Assembly (NCBI GenBank): GCA_965222375.1
Contig: CBDCTZ010000012.1
Coordinates: 1-64,000, forward strand
From: Polyangiaceae bacterium
Lineage (GTDB): Bacteria; Myxococcota_A; Polyangia; Polyangiales; Polyangiaceae
Length of the DNA: 64,000 nucleotides
Direction: 5' to 3'
Position 1 is the stretch's first letter, and every line of letters starts with the position of its first letter. The notes under the pieces were generated by a model. It searched no databases and had not been told where the DNA came from. It saw only the letters and a list, made by a program, of their open reading frames with translations. Both the position numbers and the translations under genes were made by a program. Positions 42,120-51,983 of the stretch are shown here, piece after piece.

Positions 42120-44096
42120 ATGATGACCGAAAAGAAGGTGTCCTTTCCCGGTCGGGTGCTTCACCTGACAGAGGACATGGACCTCATTGTCAAACAACTG
42201 TCAGGGGAGACCCTCGACTACGATCCGAAGCGTAAGCTTATCGACAACATCTCAACGGACGAAATCACGCCCGGTTGGGTTTGCTACTACTTCGACGAAA
42301 CTCTGGCGCGCTTCAGTCTGGTGGGGTTGCGAGGCGGTGCTATCGAAAAGGACACGGTCAAGAATGGCGGTTTCTCCGTGATCGTTAGCGGGCGCAGCAA
42401 GGGTTGCGGCAGCTCCAGGGAAACCGCCCCCTACTCCGAGCTGAAGGCAGGCGTTCAGCTCATCGTTGCCCAGAGCATCGAGAAAATCTACGGCCAGAAC
42501 TGCCAGAACATCGGGCTGCTGACCACGACGGACTTTTCGATTCTAGAGCGTATCGAGAAGGGGGAAGCCATCCCGATCAGCGAGTTCACCAAAGGCCTCG
42601 ATCCGATCAGCGCGCAGATCGTCGAGCATGGTGGGCTGTTCGCTTACAACAAGCTGCGGATGGCTGGGGAAGTATCCCCACCCAAGGTCACGACCGCAGC
42701 CCGACCCATGACCCTGTGTGAGAAGATCATTGCAAATCGCGCCATCGCCGACGCGAAGACTGGCGAGCTGGGCGTGCCTGGGGTCAAGCCCGGGGACGCT
42801 CTGTTTGTACGCACGGACGTGCGTTTTTCCCACGAGTACGTAACGCCCATGGCGGACTCGCTGTTTCGCGCGGGATTTGGCCCAGACGCCGGCGTGACAG
42901 AGCCAGAAAGCGTGTTTGCGTTTCGTGACCACCTGACTTTCCTGGACCTCGTCATGCCCGAAGCTCACAAGAAAATGGGACTCGAGGAGCAAGCTCACTC
43001 CCTCAAGACGGAGCAGGAGCGGTTTTCGAAGCGACACGGCATCCGGTTGTACGGCGAAGTAGTGCGTGACGGCAAGACGGTGGGTAGTGAGGCCATCTGT
43101 CATAACAAGGTGATCGAGGAACTCGCGCTGCCCGGTCAGGTGGTCGCCGGAACGGACTCTCATACATGCATGGCTGGCGCCCTCGGCTGTTTCGCCTTCG
43201 GCGTGGGCAGCACGGACATGGCCAACTCTTGGTTCACTCGCGATGTGCGGGTCCGAGTGCCCGAAACGGTTCGCTTCGTGTTGGGCGGCGAGCTTTCCCC
43301 AGGGGTGTGCGCCAAGGACGTCATGCTGCACATCCTCAGCTTGCCTCACTTCAAGACCGGAAAGGGGATCGGCCAGGTGTTGGAGTTTGCGGGGCCGGGT
43401 ATCGGCAGCTTGGGCCTGGATGAGCGGGCTACTCTCACCAACATGGCGGTGGAGGCTGGAAGCTTCACCGGCATCATCGAAGCCGATGAGCGCATCGTGC
43501 AGTACCTGGCGGAGATGCGGGGGCTGGACAAGGACGAGGTGCGCGGGCGCATTGTCAAGGCGGACCCGGATGCCAAGTATGCGGACGTTTTCGAGATCAA
43601 CCTCTCGGAGATCGTTCCGATGGTCGCCACACCCGGAGACCCGCGAAATGGCGTGCCACTGAAGGATTTGAGCGCTGGCGCTGGTGGGGACGTGGCGGTG
43701 AGCATTGCCTACGGCGGCTCGTGCACCGGAGGCAAGAAAGCGGACATGGACATGTACGCTGCGGTGCTCAGCCGCGCCCTCGACAAGGGCCAGCGGGTTG
43801 CCGACGGCGTACAATTGTTCATCCAGTTCGGCTCCCAGCACATTCGCGCATACGCGCAGGAGCGCGGCTACATCGACGTCTTCGAACGGGCGGGGGCACA
43901 ACTCGTGGATCCCTCCTGCGGGGCGTGCATTCGCGCGGGCCCAGGGGTCAGCATGACGGCGGAGGAAGTGACCGTCAGCGCCATCAATCGCAACTTCCCC
44001 GGACGTAGTGGTCCTGGGAAAGTCTACTTGGCTAGCCCCCTGGTGGTGGCGGCGAGTGCGGTTGCTGGCAAGATCGTGAGCCCAGACTCGATCTGA
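42120..44096 (+). CDS. Aconitase-family dehydratase, fused LeuD-like (N) + LeuC-like (C)
   Basis: DNISTDEI, GCGSSRE, then TDSHT, GSCTGG, CGACI, NRNFPGR. Confidence 0.92.
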   Translation: MMTEKKVSFPGRVLHLTEDMDLIVKQLSGETLDYDPKRKLIDNISTDEITPGWVCYYFDETLARFSLVGLRGGAIEKDTVKNGGFSVIVSGRSKGCGSSRETAPYSELKAGVQLIVAQSIEKIYGQNCQNIGLLTTTDFSILERIEKGEAIPISEFTKGLDPISAQIVEHGGLFAYNKLRMAGEVSPPKVTTAARPMTLCEKIIANRAIADAKTGELGVPGVKPGDALFVRTDVRFSHEYVTPMADSLFRAGFGPDAGVTEPESVFAFRDHLTFLDLVMPEAHKKMGLEEQAHSLKTEQERFSKRHGIRLYGEVVRDGKTVGSEAICHNKVIEELALPGQVVAGTDSHTCMAGALGCFAFGVGSTDMANSWFTRDVRVRVPETVRFVLGGELSPGVCAKDVMLHILSLPHFKTGKGIGQVLEFAGPGIGSLGLDERATLTNMAVEAGSFTGIIEADERIVQYLAEMRGLDKDEVRGRIVKADPDAKYADVFEINLSEIVPMVATPGDPRNGVPLKDLSAGAGGDVAVSIAYGGSCTGGKKADMDMYAAVLSRALDKGQRVADGVQLFIQFGSQHIRAYAQERGYIDVFERAGAQLVDPSCGACIRAGPGVSMTAEEVTVSAINRNFPGRSGPGKVYLASPLVVAASAVAGKIVSPDSI

Positions 44097-44116
44097 CTGT
44101 CGCGATCGGAGCTGAA

Positions 44117-44716
44117 GTGAGTTGCAGCGTTGGTCCTGGTACGTGGGTAAAACTCCACTACGCGGTGCGCGATGCCGATGGCGAAGTCGTGGCAGAAGAG
44201 ACCATCGAGCGACTTTTCGGTTTTGGGCAGCTGCTGCCTAGCATCGAGCAAGCTATCGGCGGCGCGAGCCCCGGGTCGTCGAAGACGGCCCGATTACGGT
44301 CCGAGGACGGGTTCGGGCAGCGGGACCCAGCTGCCGTCGTTGAGGTGGAGCGTGCCGAGTTCCCGCCGGATGCCGATGCCGGAGATCATTTTCAGGCCGA
44401 GGACGCCGAAGGAAACTTCGTATTGCTGACGGTGCTGGATGTGAATGACGAGCGGGTCGTGGTCGACCAAAACCACCCCCTAGCGGGGCAATCCCTGGCG
44501 GTGGACCTCGATATCCTAGATGTACGCGTGGCCGACAGCGAGGAGATCCAGGCCGCCGAGACCGCCCTGCTCTCGGCCGCGCAACCGGACATTTCGCTCA
44601 TTCCAACGCAGGCCTTGCTAGCTGGGGGTCAGCGGCGCTACGAGGACGTTAACAGCCCGGAGGGAGCCGAACCTGGCTCGCGGGGCCGCCGCGGCAATTC
44701 TGGAGATAAGTCATGA
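44117..44716 (+). CDS. slyD: FKBP-type peptidyl-prolyl isomerase, SlyD-like
   Basis: G.GQLLPSIEQAI, FGQRD, VDQNHPLAGQSL, VRVADSEEI; no His-rich tail. Confidence 0.88.
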   Translation: MSCSVGPGTWVKLHYAVRDADGEVVAEETIERLFGFGQLLPSIEQAIGGASPGSSKTARLRSEDGFGQRDPAAVVEVERAEFPPDADAGDHFQAEDAEGNFVLLTVLDVNDERVVVDQNHPLAGQSLAVDLDILDVRVADSEEIQAAETALLSAAQPDISLIPTQALLAGGQRRYEDVNSPEGAEPGSRGRRGNSGDKS

Positions 44717-44955
44717 AACAATCCGAGAGACTGAAGCTCGATGTGCGTGTTCGCAGCCGAATGGCTGCGCATGGTGCACTGAAAGCACAAGAGTTGGAAG
44801 AGCACTTGGCGGCGCTGCCGGATCGAGAAGCAGAGTCGGAGGAGCTCGACCTGCAACAGCCTGCACTCGGCGACAGCACAGATGGCGCCACTGCTCCCAC
44901 GCCGGCTTTGCTCGGGGCGGAGGCTGGCTCAGACGAGGACCTGGAGGCTCCGTGA
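44713..44955 (+). CDS. Small hypothetical protein
   Basis: Coupled by 4-nt overlaps on both sides; GGAG RBS. Confidence 0.75.
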   Translation: MKQSERLKLDVRVRSRMAAHGALKAQELEEHLAALPDREAESEELDLQQPALGDSTDGATAPTPALLGAEAGSDEDLEAP

Positions 44956-45278
44956 GCGACAACGGCCCGGACTCGAAACAGCAGCGACACGCGCGACAGG
45001 CATTCGATGACGCGACGGGTGAGCAGCTTCCCGCCATCGACTTCGCCACATTCGTACTATCGCTCGCACAGTCTGGGCGGGTGCATTTGGGGGACGCACC
45101 AAACCCCGCTGAGGGTGAGCAGAAGATCGAACCGGCCCTCGCTCGACAGAGCATCGATCTGCTCGCTTTGCTTCAAGAGAAGACCCGTGGGAACCTTTCC
45201 GGTGAGGAGGAGACCCTATTGGCGCAATCGCTGTACGATCTTCGAATGAGGTACGTGGAGGTCGCGAAGCCCAAGTGA
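44952..45278 (+). CDS. DUF1844 family protein
   Basis: IDFATFVLSL..HLG..ARQSIDLL.LL.EKTRGNL..EE..L...LYDLRMRYV. Confidence 0.92.
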   Translation: MSDNGPDSKQQRHARQAFDDATGEQLPAIDFATFVLSLAQSGRVHLGDAPNPAEGEQKIEPALARQSIDLLALLQEKTRGNLSGEEETLLAQSLYDLRMRYVEVAKPK

Positions 45279-46447
45279 CAGCTCGGACTCGACTGCGGCT
45301 CGCACAGTCGCTCGCATTGGTCGTTGGGGTGTCCTGCGGGGCAGCCTCGTGCAAGCGCCTAACTCGAGGTGGCTCTGACGCGGGCGGAGCTGCTTCGGCC
45401 TCGGCCCCTGTCGCGACTCCACCGCCGCCCACCGCCCCGTTGCCGGCCGCGCCTCCGGCAACGGTTCCCCGCAGTTTCGCGGATCTGGCCGCGAAAGCAG
45501 ATCCAGCCGTGGTCTACGTGAAGACGCTGCAGGAACAGCGTGGTCGGACCGGGCGACGCCGGGTGATCGGAGAGGGCTTGGGAAGTGCGTTCGTGTACGA
45601 CGCGAATGGTCTCATCCTTACGAACAACCACGTGATCGAGTCGGCCACGGACATTCGGGTGATCTTCCGGGGCAAGAGTGAGATCAAGGCTACGGTGGTT
45701 GGACGAGATCCACCCACCGACATCGCGGTGCTGCGCGTCGACAAGAAGGGACTGAGTCACTTGCCCTTGGGCGATTCGGACGCAACCCGGGTAGGGGATT
45801 GGGTGGTAGCGATCGGCAACCCCTTTGGTCTGTCCCATACGGTCTCTGCAGGTATCGTTTCCGCGAAGGGGCGCACTGGGCAGGACGTCAAAGGCCTGGG
45901 TGATGGCACGGGCTACTACAACTTCCTGCAGACGGACGCGAGTATCAACCCTGGCAACTCCGGTGGTCCGTTGTTGGATATGGCGGGTCGGGTTGTCGGC
46001 ATCAACACAGCGATTCGAGCCAGGGCGAACAACATTGGATTCGCGATCCCCATCAACATGATCAAGGAGCTGCTTCCGCGATTGATCAAGGATGGCAAGA
46101 TCACTCGCAGCGCAATCGGTATCCGAGTCTCATCCGTGCTGCCCGAGGACTCGGAACGCTTGAAAGTGAAGGACGAGAAAGGCGCATTGGTTCGTTTCGT
46201 GCTCCCCGGGGGCGCGGCGAATCGGGCGGGGCTCAAGCCAGATGACATTATCGTCGGCTTCGAGGGCGAGGATGTGCCCGGTCCCGAAAAGCTTCGCTGG
46301 CTGGCCAGCCTGGCGGGAGTCGGCAAGACCGTCAGCATCAAGGTTCGGAGGGGGCGTCGCACCTTCGATTTGAAGGTGACCCTGAAGGAGCTTCCTCAGG
46401 CACCCCGGGAGCCGGAGACACCCAAATCGCCGTTTGGTCACCCCTGA
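45275..46447 (+). CDS. HtrA/DegP-family serine protease with one PDZ domain
   Basis: TNNHV, DIAVL, QTDASINPGNSGGPL. Confidence 0.96.
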   Translation: MTARTRLRLAQSLALVVGVSCGAASCKRLTRGGSDAGGAASASAPVATPPPPTAPLPAAPPATVPRSFADLAAKADPAVVYVKTLQEQRGRTGRRRVIGEGLGSAFVYDANGLILTNNHVIESATDIRVIFRGKSEIKATVVGRDPPTDIAVLRVDKKGLSHLPLGDSDATRVGDWVVAIGNPFGLSHTVSAGIVSAKGRTGQDVKGLGDGTGYYNFLQTDASINPGNSGGPLLDMAGRVVGINTAIRARANNIGFAIPINMIKELLPRLIKDGKITRSAIGIRVSSVLPEDSERLKVKDEKGALVRFVLPGGAANRAGLKPDDIIVGFEGEDVPGPEKLRWLASLAGVGKTVSIKVRRGRRTFDLKVTLKELPQAPREPETPKSPFGHP

Positions 46448-46510
46448 TCCGGCCCGTTGGCCGGTGTTAGCGGGGGCACAGAACGTGCGTTTGACGTAAG
46501 TATAGGTCAG

Positions 46511-47284
46511 ATGCCCTCCTCCGACAGCAGCTCGAATCCAGACATTCGTGCCGAAAAACCGGCTGCGGCGGGGCCCGCTGCGGAGGGCGCTTCGCAGCGC
46601 TCTGATCCACCTGTCCCGGCCGTGAATAGCGCGACCCGACGGGCGTCCAATAAAGTAGCCCGCGCTGCGGAGGCTGAGCATGATCGCGCCCTCATCAAAA
46701 AAGCCCAGGACGGGGACCGAGGCGCCTTTCGACAGTTGGTGGAAAGGCACCAGCGGCGGGCTTTCGCCATCGCGATCGGGTTGGTGCGGGACGAGCAAGA
46801 CGCCCGGGAGATTGTCCAAGAGGCGTTCCTGCGGGTCTACCGCGGACTCGACCGGTTCCACGGCAGCTCGAGTTTCTTCACGTGGCTGTATCGAATCGTC
46901 ACGAACCTCTCCATCGACCTCATGCGCAAGCCATCCCGCCGCGAGCGGGAGCTGGACGTTTCGCGTGAAATCAAGGACGAATTGGACGTTCCACTATTGG
47001 CGCGAATCGATGGCGCCGACCCCCACGATGTCGTGCGCCGAAACGAGATTGCAGAAACCATCCAATCTGCCCTCGACGCGCTTCCGCCGTATCATCGAGG
47101 CGTCATACTCATGCGGGAGATCGAGGGCATGAGTTACGAAGAGATGGCGGACGCCATGGGCGTGAGCAAAGGCACCATCATGAGTCGGCTGTTCCACGCC
47201 CGCCAGAAACTGCAAAGAGCTCTCGCGTCTTGCTACAAGGAGCACTTCGGCGAGTTGCCGGAAGGCAAGGGGCAGCGCACATGA
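46511..47284 (+). CDS. ECF RNA polymerase sigma factor
   Basis: DAREIVQEAF, FFTWLYRI..N..ID, GMSYEEMA..GTIMSRLFHAR. Confidence 0.96.
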   Translation: MPSSDSSSNPDIRAEKPAAAGPAAEGASQRSDPPVPAVNSATRRASNKVARAAEAEHDRALIKKAQDGDRGAFRQLVERHQRRAFAIAIGLVRDEQDAREIVQEAFLRVYRGLDRFHGSSSFFTWLYRIVTNLSIDLMRKPSRRERELDVSREIKDELDVPLLARIDGADPHDVVRRNEIAETIQSALDALPPYHRGVILMREIEGMSYEEMADAMGVSKGTIMSRLFHARQKLQRALASCYKEHFGELPEGKGQRT

Positions 47285-47985
47285 AGAACCGAAGCCTGAC
47301 CCTGATGCAGCATCACGACGGTGAGCTAGACCCAGAACAAGCGGCGGAGTTGGAGGCGTCCCTCACCGACGAAGACGCGGCGGTGCTAGACGGCCTGAGC
47401 CAACTCGGAGATGTCATTCGCGAGCATGGGGACGCTCGCGCCAGCGGCGCCGATTCCATTGCAGATGACGTGCTTGCCAAGCTCGATAGCGACGATGACG
47501 TGGACGGCGAGAAGCAAGTCGCAGCGCTGCTACGGGTTATCGAGGGTGGAGCCAGTGGCTCTGCTCTGTCGCCGGAGCGACAGCCGGAACCCGAACCTCA
47601 GCCCGAGCCGACCCCGGAACGTGAGTTTCGAAGCCTGCGCCAGCCACCTGCGGCCTACGATCCGAAAGAGGGGCGAGCCGGGCGGATCTTTTTGGGCCTG
47701 TCCCTGGCAGCCGCCGTGGCCCTGGGCATCCACGCCATTGCGACCACAGACTACTCAAAGCCCGAGCACGATGTGGCGAGTCTTTCGGAAACTGTGCCAA
47801 CCCCCGCAACGTCAGAGGCCGAGATTGCGCAGCCAGAAACTGATTTGTCGGCCGCAGCCATCGAAAGCATCGACTTCGGAAGTCAAAAGGGCGCTATTTT
47901 CATGGTGTCCGCGGGCGCCGAAACTACGCCTGTGGTTTGGCTTACCGACGATCCGCAAAGTGGCGATAGGATGGAACCACTATGA
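47281..47985 (+). CDS. Putative membrane anti-sigma factor
   Basis: ATGA overlap with sigma; LMQHHDGELD N-terminus; single TM. Confidence 0.8.
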   Translation: MKNRSLTLMQHHDGELDPEQAAELEASLTDEDAAVLDGLSQLGDVIREHGDARASGADSIADDVLAKLDSDDDVDGEKQVAALLRVIEGGASGSALSPERQPEPEPQPEPTPEREFRSLRQPPAAYDPKEGRAGRIFLGLSLAAAVALGIHAIATTDYSKPEHDVASLSETVPTPATSEAEIAQPETDLSAAAIESIDFGSQKGAIFMVSAGAETTPVVWLTDDPQSGDRMEPL

Positions 47986-48497
47986 GAGCTTCGATGTTCG
48001 CCCTTGCTAGCTTCCTGTTCATCAGTGGAAGCAGTGCGCTAGCTGAGGGCAAACCGCCAGCTACGGCGAAGCCGTCTGCCGCGGCCAAAGACAAGGGCAA
48101 GTCCGACAAGAAGCAGGAGTTCTTTACGGAAGTGCTTGTGCTCCATGCGACCAACAGCAAGAAGGGCATCGACAAGCGCATCGGTGACATGCCCGAACTG
48201 AAGAAGCCCCCCTTCTCTTCCTACAACAGCTACGAACTACTGGCGAAGCACAAGCTGCCGCTGTCCAAGAACGACCCGAAGACGGTTCGCCTGCCAAACA
48301 AGCGCGTTCTGCAAACCAAGTTGCTCGAAGTCCTGCCCAAAGACCAGCTGCGGATTTCCGCCAGCATCAATCAACCCAAGGGCAAGACGTTCCTGCCGCT
48401 CTTGGAAGTAAAAGCCAAAGTAGGCCAGTCCTTCATCTTGGCGGGCCAGAGCTTCAAGAAGGGGATCTTGGTGCTTGTCATTCGTGTCGTTCGCTGA
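47982..48497 (+). CDS. Secreted hypothetical protein
   Basis: Signal peptide; coupled to the anti-sigma gene. Confidence 0.8.
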   Translation: MRASMFALASFLFISGSSALAEGKPPATAKPSAAAKDKGKSDKKQEFFTEVLVLHATNSKKGIDKRIGDMPELKKPPFSSYNSYELLAKHKLPLSKNDPKTVRLPNKRVLQTKLLEVLPKDQLRISASINQPKGKTFLPLLEVKAKVGQSFILAGQSFKKGILVLVIRVVR

Positions 48498-48652
48498 GTA
48501 GGCGGAAGCGCGCGTCGTCATGGTCGCGGCGGATTGCTCGCTGAGGCGCTCAAACTTGCGGTGGGCGAACGCTCGCGTTGCAAAGGACGGGCGCGATGCT
48601 CCTCTTGCTCGCGACCCCTTGCAGCGCTGAAGCAGACGAACGCGCGCAGCGC

Positions 48653-49915
48653 TCAAACCCGCGGCGGGTGTGACGAGGGCTTCTCCACTACGGGAAGCAC
48701 CACCACGAATGTCGTGCCTTCGCCAAGTGTGCTGTAAGCCGACATCGCGCCACCGTGGGCTTCTACGATTGAACGAACGATGGAAAGACCGAGCCCGGTG
48801 CCCTCCCCCGGTGCTTTCGTCGTGTAGAAGGGTTCGAAAATGCGGGCCAAGTCGTCATTATCAATGCCCTCTCCGCAGTCGGAGACTTCGACGGTGACCT
48901 GACGGTCGTCGGGCTTCGTGGTCCAGCTGATCTGAAGGGTGCCACCGCTTTCCCGCATCGCGTGTGCCGCGTTGGTGAAGAGGTTGACGAAGACCTGTGT
49001 CAACTGACCCGCAACGCCGCGCACCAGAAGCGAGGGCCGCGTGCTCGCGAAACCGGCCGCCACGCCGCGTTCCGAGAACTCGTGCTCGCAGAACACCATG
49101 GCCTTTTCGAGCACTTCGCCCAGATGAACCGGGCCAGGAACATCCCCGGCCGGCCGCGCATAGGTGACCAGATCTCTGGAGAACCTGAGAATTCGCTCGG
49201 CCCCCTCTTGGATTCGCGCCAGCCGCTCCAGGGCATCGGCATCGGCTCGGGTTGCGGCGTTGCGTCGCAGGTACTCCGCGTAGGCGATGATGCTCGTCAA
49301 TGGGTTGTTGAGTTCATGAACGATGCCTGCGGCTATCTGTCCCAAGCTCGCGAGCTTTTCTGCTTGGATGACCTGAGCTTGAAGCTTGCGCAGCTCTGTC
49401 GCATGTCGCCTCGTACGCCCGGCGTCATTCAGACTCGTCAAGGCGTTTTCGACCGCTCGACGCGCATACTCCACCACTGTCCAGGCCGAGCTGGCGTCCG
49501 GCGGCAGCTGAGGCCCTGCAAAATGCAGCGTGGAATTGCCCACTCGATCGATGGTCATGACGCGTTCTTCCGGAAGCTCCGGGAACAAGCGCGTTGGATC
49601 GCGTCCGGACGTGGCATCCCAGTCCTCCGGCACGTGACGTTTGACGATTTGGCTCTCGGCGCCTTCGTCGCTGAGACAAACCCCCAGCGCGACGCCGGGA
49701 ATCAGTGCGGATAGGGTCCCTACGGTATGCATGGCGACGTCTTCCAAGGGCGCCTTGGCAGAGAGGCGTAGGGAGAGTTCCAACAATTGGGTCAGGGTCG
49801 GTCCGTCCAGAGGCTCCCGAGTGCGGCGACCCGAGTGGGCTGGTGAGAGCCCCTGGATATCTGAGTGCTGGGCTCGGGTGCCCGCCTCGGACTTGGGATC
49901 CGAGCCCTTGCTCAT
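48653..49915 (-). CDS. Histidine kinase (NtrB-like)
   Basis: QAEKLASLGQIAAGIVHELNNPL, NLFTNA, DCGEG, FYTTK, GTGLGL. Confidence 0.95.
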   Translation of the reverse strand: MSKGSDPKSEAGTRAQHSDIQGLSPAHSGRRTREPLDGPTLTQLLELSLRLSAKAPLEDVAMHTVGTLSALIPGVALGVCLSDEGAESQIVKRHVPEDWDATSGRDPTRLFPELPEERVMTIDRVGNSTLHFAGPQLPPDASSAWTVVEYARRAVENALTSLNDAGRTRRHATELRKLQAQVIQAEKLASLGQIAAGIVHELNNPLTSIIAYAEYLRRNAATRADADALERLARIQEGAERILRFSRDLVTYARPAGDVPGPVHLGEVLEKAMVFCEHEFSERGVAAGFASTRPSLLVRGVAGQLTQVFVNLFTNAAHAMRESGGTLQISWTTKPDDRQVTVEVSDCGEGIDNDDLARIFEPFYTTKAPGEGTGLGLSIVRSIVEAHGGAMSAYSTLGEGTTFVVVLPVVEKPSSHPPRV

Positions 49916-51969
49916 CTCCGAACCCCCGGGTCCGAGTCGGCGCTAGCTTTTTCGAGGTCTAGGATCTTGGCGCCGCCCACGTAGCTTTTGGTTTCGTACT
50001 TGGTGATCTTGCCAACTTTGCGCACGATTTCCGCCATGCGCTCGGCTTCGCTGATGATGACGCCTGCGGCGTTGAACATCGGCGTCTCTTTCTCCAGGTT
50101 GCGACGCAGAAGCTCGGCGTAGCCGATGACACTCGTGAGGGGCTGATTCAGCTCATGGGCGGCGGCGCCTGCAAGCTCTGCCACGATGGACTGCTTCTCC
50201 CTGGCCCGGAGCTCGTCCTGGGCTCGAGATAGGCGTTCCTCCATGCGCAGCTTGTCCCGAATGTCGGTGAAGATTCCAACGGAGCCAACCGGGCGACCGT
50301 TTTCGAAAATGAGCGAGGCGCTGAGGGTGACGGGTATGCGATTGCCTGTCGCACTGACCATATCAACGCGGAAGTCCTCCAGGCGCCCTGGCCCGTTCGT
50401 GTTCGGGTCGCGGATCTTCTGCATCACTTCCCGGGCGATTCCTGGGGGATACAAGGACTCGACGTTCATCTTGCCTTCTACGGCGTCTTTGGGGTAGCCG
50501 AAGATGCGCCGCGCCGCGCGATTGAAGAGCAGCAGTCGACCCTCCAAGTCAGCGGACACGATCCCATCGACGGAGCTTTCGATCACGCGCTCGAGGAACT
50601 CCTTGGTCTGACGCAGCTCGATGTCCGTATGCCGCTCCTGAGTGACGTCTCTGAACGTCCACAGCATTGCTCCGTCTTCATGAAGCACCGGGCTCAGGTT
50701 GATGCTCAGCGTGATCCGGGATCCATCCTTGCGGGCAAAGGCGAGGTCCTCGGTTTGCCCCGGGGGCTTGCCAGCGAAATCCGAGCGCAGCTTCCTGGCC
50801 ATTGCCTCGTCCGTGCCGATCAACCGCGCCAGGTTCGATGACAGCAGCTCTTCGTCCGAGTAGCCAGTTATGGTTTTGGCCTGAAGGTTGGCGAAGATGA
50901 CTCTGCCCTGGGGGTCGAGAACGATCATGCCATCCGTCGCGCTCTCGAAGACATCCGCGTAGCGCTGAAATAGGCGGGCTCGCTGCTCAGCTTCCTCGCG
51001 GGCGTGGCTGCTCTCCTGAGTCGCATCCCGCAGAGATTGAAGGATGCGCGCGTTGCGCAGGGCAATGGCGGTCGCGTTGGCGACGGTTTGAACCAGGGCA
51101 ATTTCATGCTCCGGGAACGCCACGCGATCCCGAGCGCGCAGGAAGATCACCCCGGCCGGGCGATGATCGTGCGAAATCGGCACCAGAGCTAGGGACTTGA
51201 ACTCCAGTGAGCCATCTCCCTCGCGGACGACTTTAAGCAAGGGGTGCCGGCTGGCGTCACGAATCACCAGTGTTCTGGCGGTCGAGAGCACTTGGCGGAT
51301 CTCCGGATACTTCTCCAGGGAGATGGCTAGGTTCTTCAGCTCGGCGTCGTCGCTCGTTGCCACGACGTGGCCAACGTCACTGTTCTGACGCACGAGCACG
51401 ATGCTGCAACGGTCCACACGCGCGACCTCGGCGACCCGCTGCACGACGGTGTACAAGATGCCCCGGATGTTGAGAGTGCTCGCCAGAGCCTGCGTGAGTT
51501 CGAGCACGGTTTGCGAAACTTGCTCGCGGCGACTCAAACGCTCGACGTAGTCGCGGATGCGCAACTGCCCACGGATGCGCGCCACCAGCTCCGCCGGGCG
51601 GAAGGGCTTGTGCACGTAGTCGTCCGCGCCAGATGCGAACACGCGACCGATCTCCTCGTCGGAATCCAGTGCGGTCAACACGACGACCGGGACGTCCGCC
51701 AATTGAGGACGGGCTCGAATGTGACGCAAGACCGCGTAGCCATCCGGATCCGGCATGATCAAATCAAGCAGCACCAGAGTCGGCCGCGTGCGCTCTAGAA
51801 ACGCCATCGCCTCGACGCCGCTCGATGCTTCGGCGACCTCCATGCCCGCCTCAATGAGCGTCTCGGTCAGGACATGACGGCTGACGGCATCGTCATCAAC
51901 TACGAGGATGGGACTTTGCGGAGGCACGGAAGCGACAAAAATGTACTCTTTCCAGGGGGATGCACGCAA
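49912..51969 (-). CDS. Receiver-GAF-PAS-PAS-HisKA protein lacking HATPase
   Basis: VVDDD/LLDLIMP/KPF receiver; GAF; two PAS; AHELNQPL followed by a short tail only; start uncertain. Confidence 0.9.
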   Translation of the reverse strand: MRASPWKEYIFVASVPPQSPILVVDDDAVSRHVLTETLIEAGMEVAEASSGVEAMAFLERTRPTLVLLDLIMPDPDGYAVLRHIRARPQLADVPVVVLTALDSDEEIGRVFASGADDYVHKPFRPAELVARIRGQLRIRDYVERLSRREQVSQTVLELTQALASTLNIRGILYTVVQRVAEVARVDRCSIVLVRQNSDVGHVVATSDDAELKNLAISLEKYPEIRQVLSTARTLVIRDASRHPLLKVVREGDGSLEFKSLALVPISHDHRPAGVIFLRARDRVAFPEHEIALVQTVANATAIALRNARILQSLRDATQESSHAREEAEQRARLFQRYADVFESATDGMIVLDPQGRVIFANLQAKTITGYSDEELLSSNLARLIGTDEAMARKLRSDFAGKPPGQTEDLAFARKDGSRITLSINLSPVLHEDGAMLWTFRDVTQERHTDIELRQTKEFLERVIESSVDGIVSADLEGRLLLFNRAARRIFGYPKDAVEGKMNVESLYPPGIAREVMQKIRDPNTNGPGRLEDFRVDMVSATGNRIPVTLSASLIFENGRPVGSVGIFTDIRDKLRMEERLSRAQDELRAREKQSIVAELAGAAAHELNQPLTSVIGYAELLRRNLEKETPMFNAAGVIISEAERMAEIVRKVGKITKYETKSYVGGAKILDLEKASADSDPGVRR

Positions 51970-51983
51970 CGAAGGGGCACGTC

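Noticed and set aside
46481..46510. TTGACG...TATAGG as a sigma70 promoter for the ECF gene
   Set aside because: The spacing is only 4 nt.
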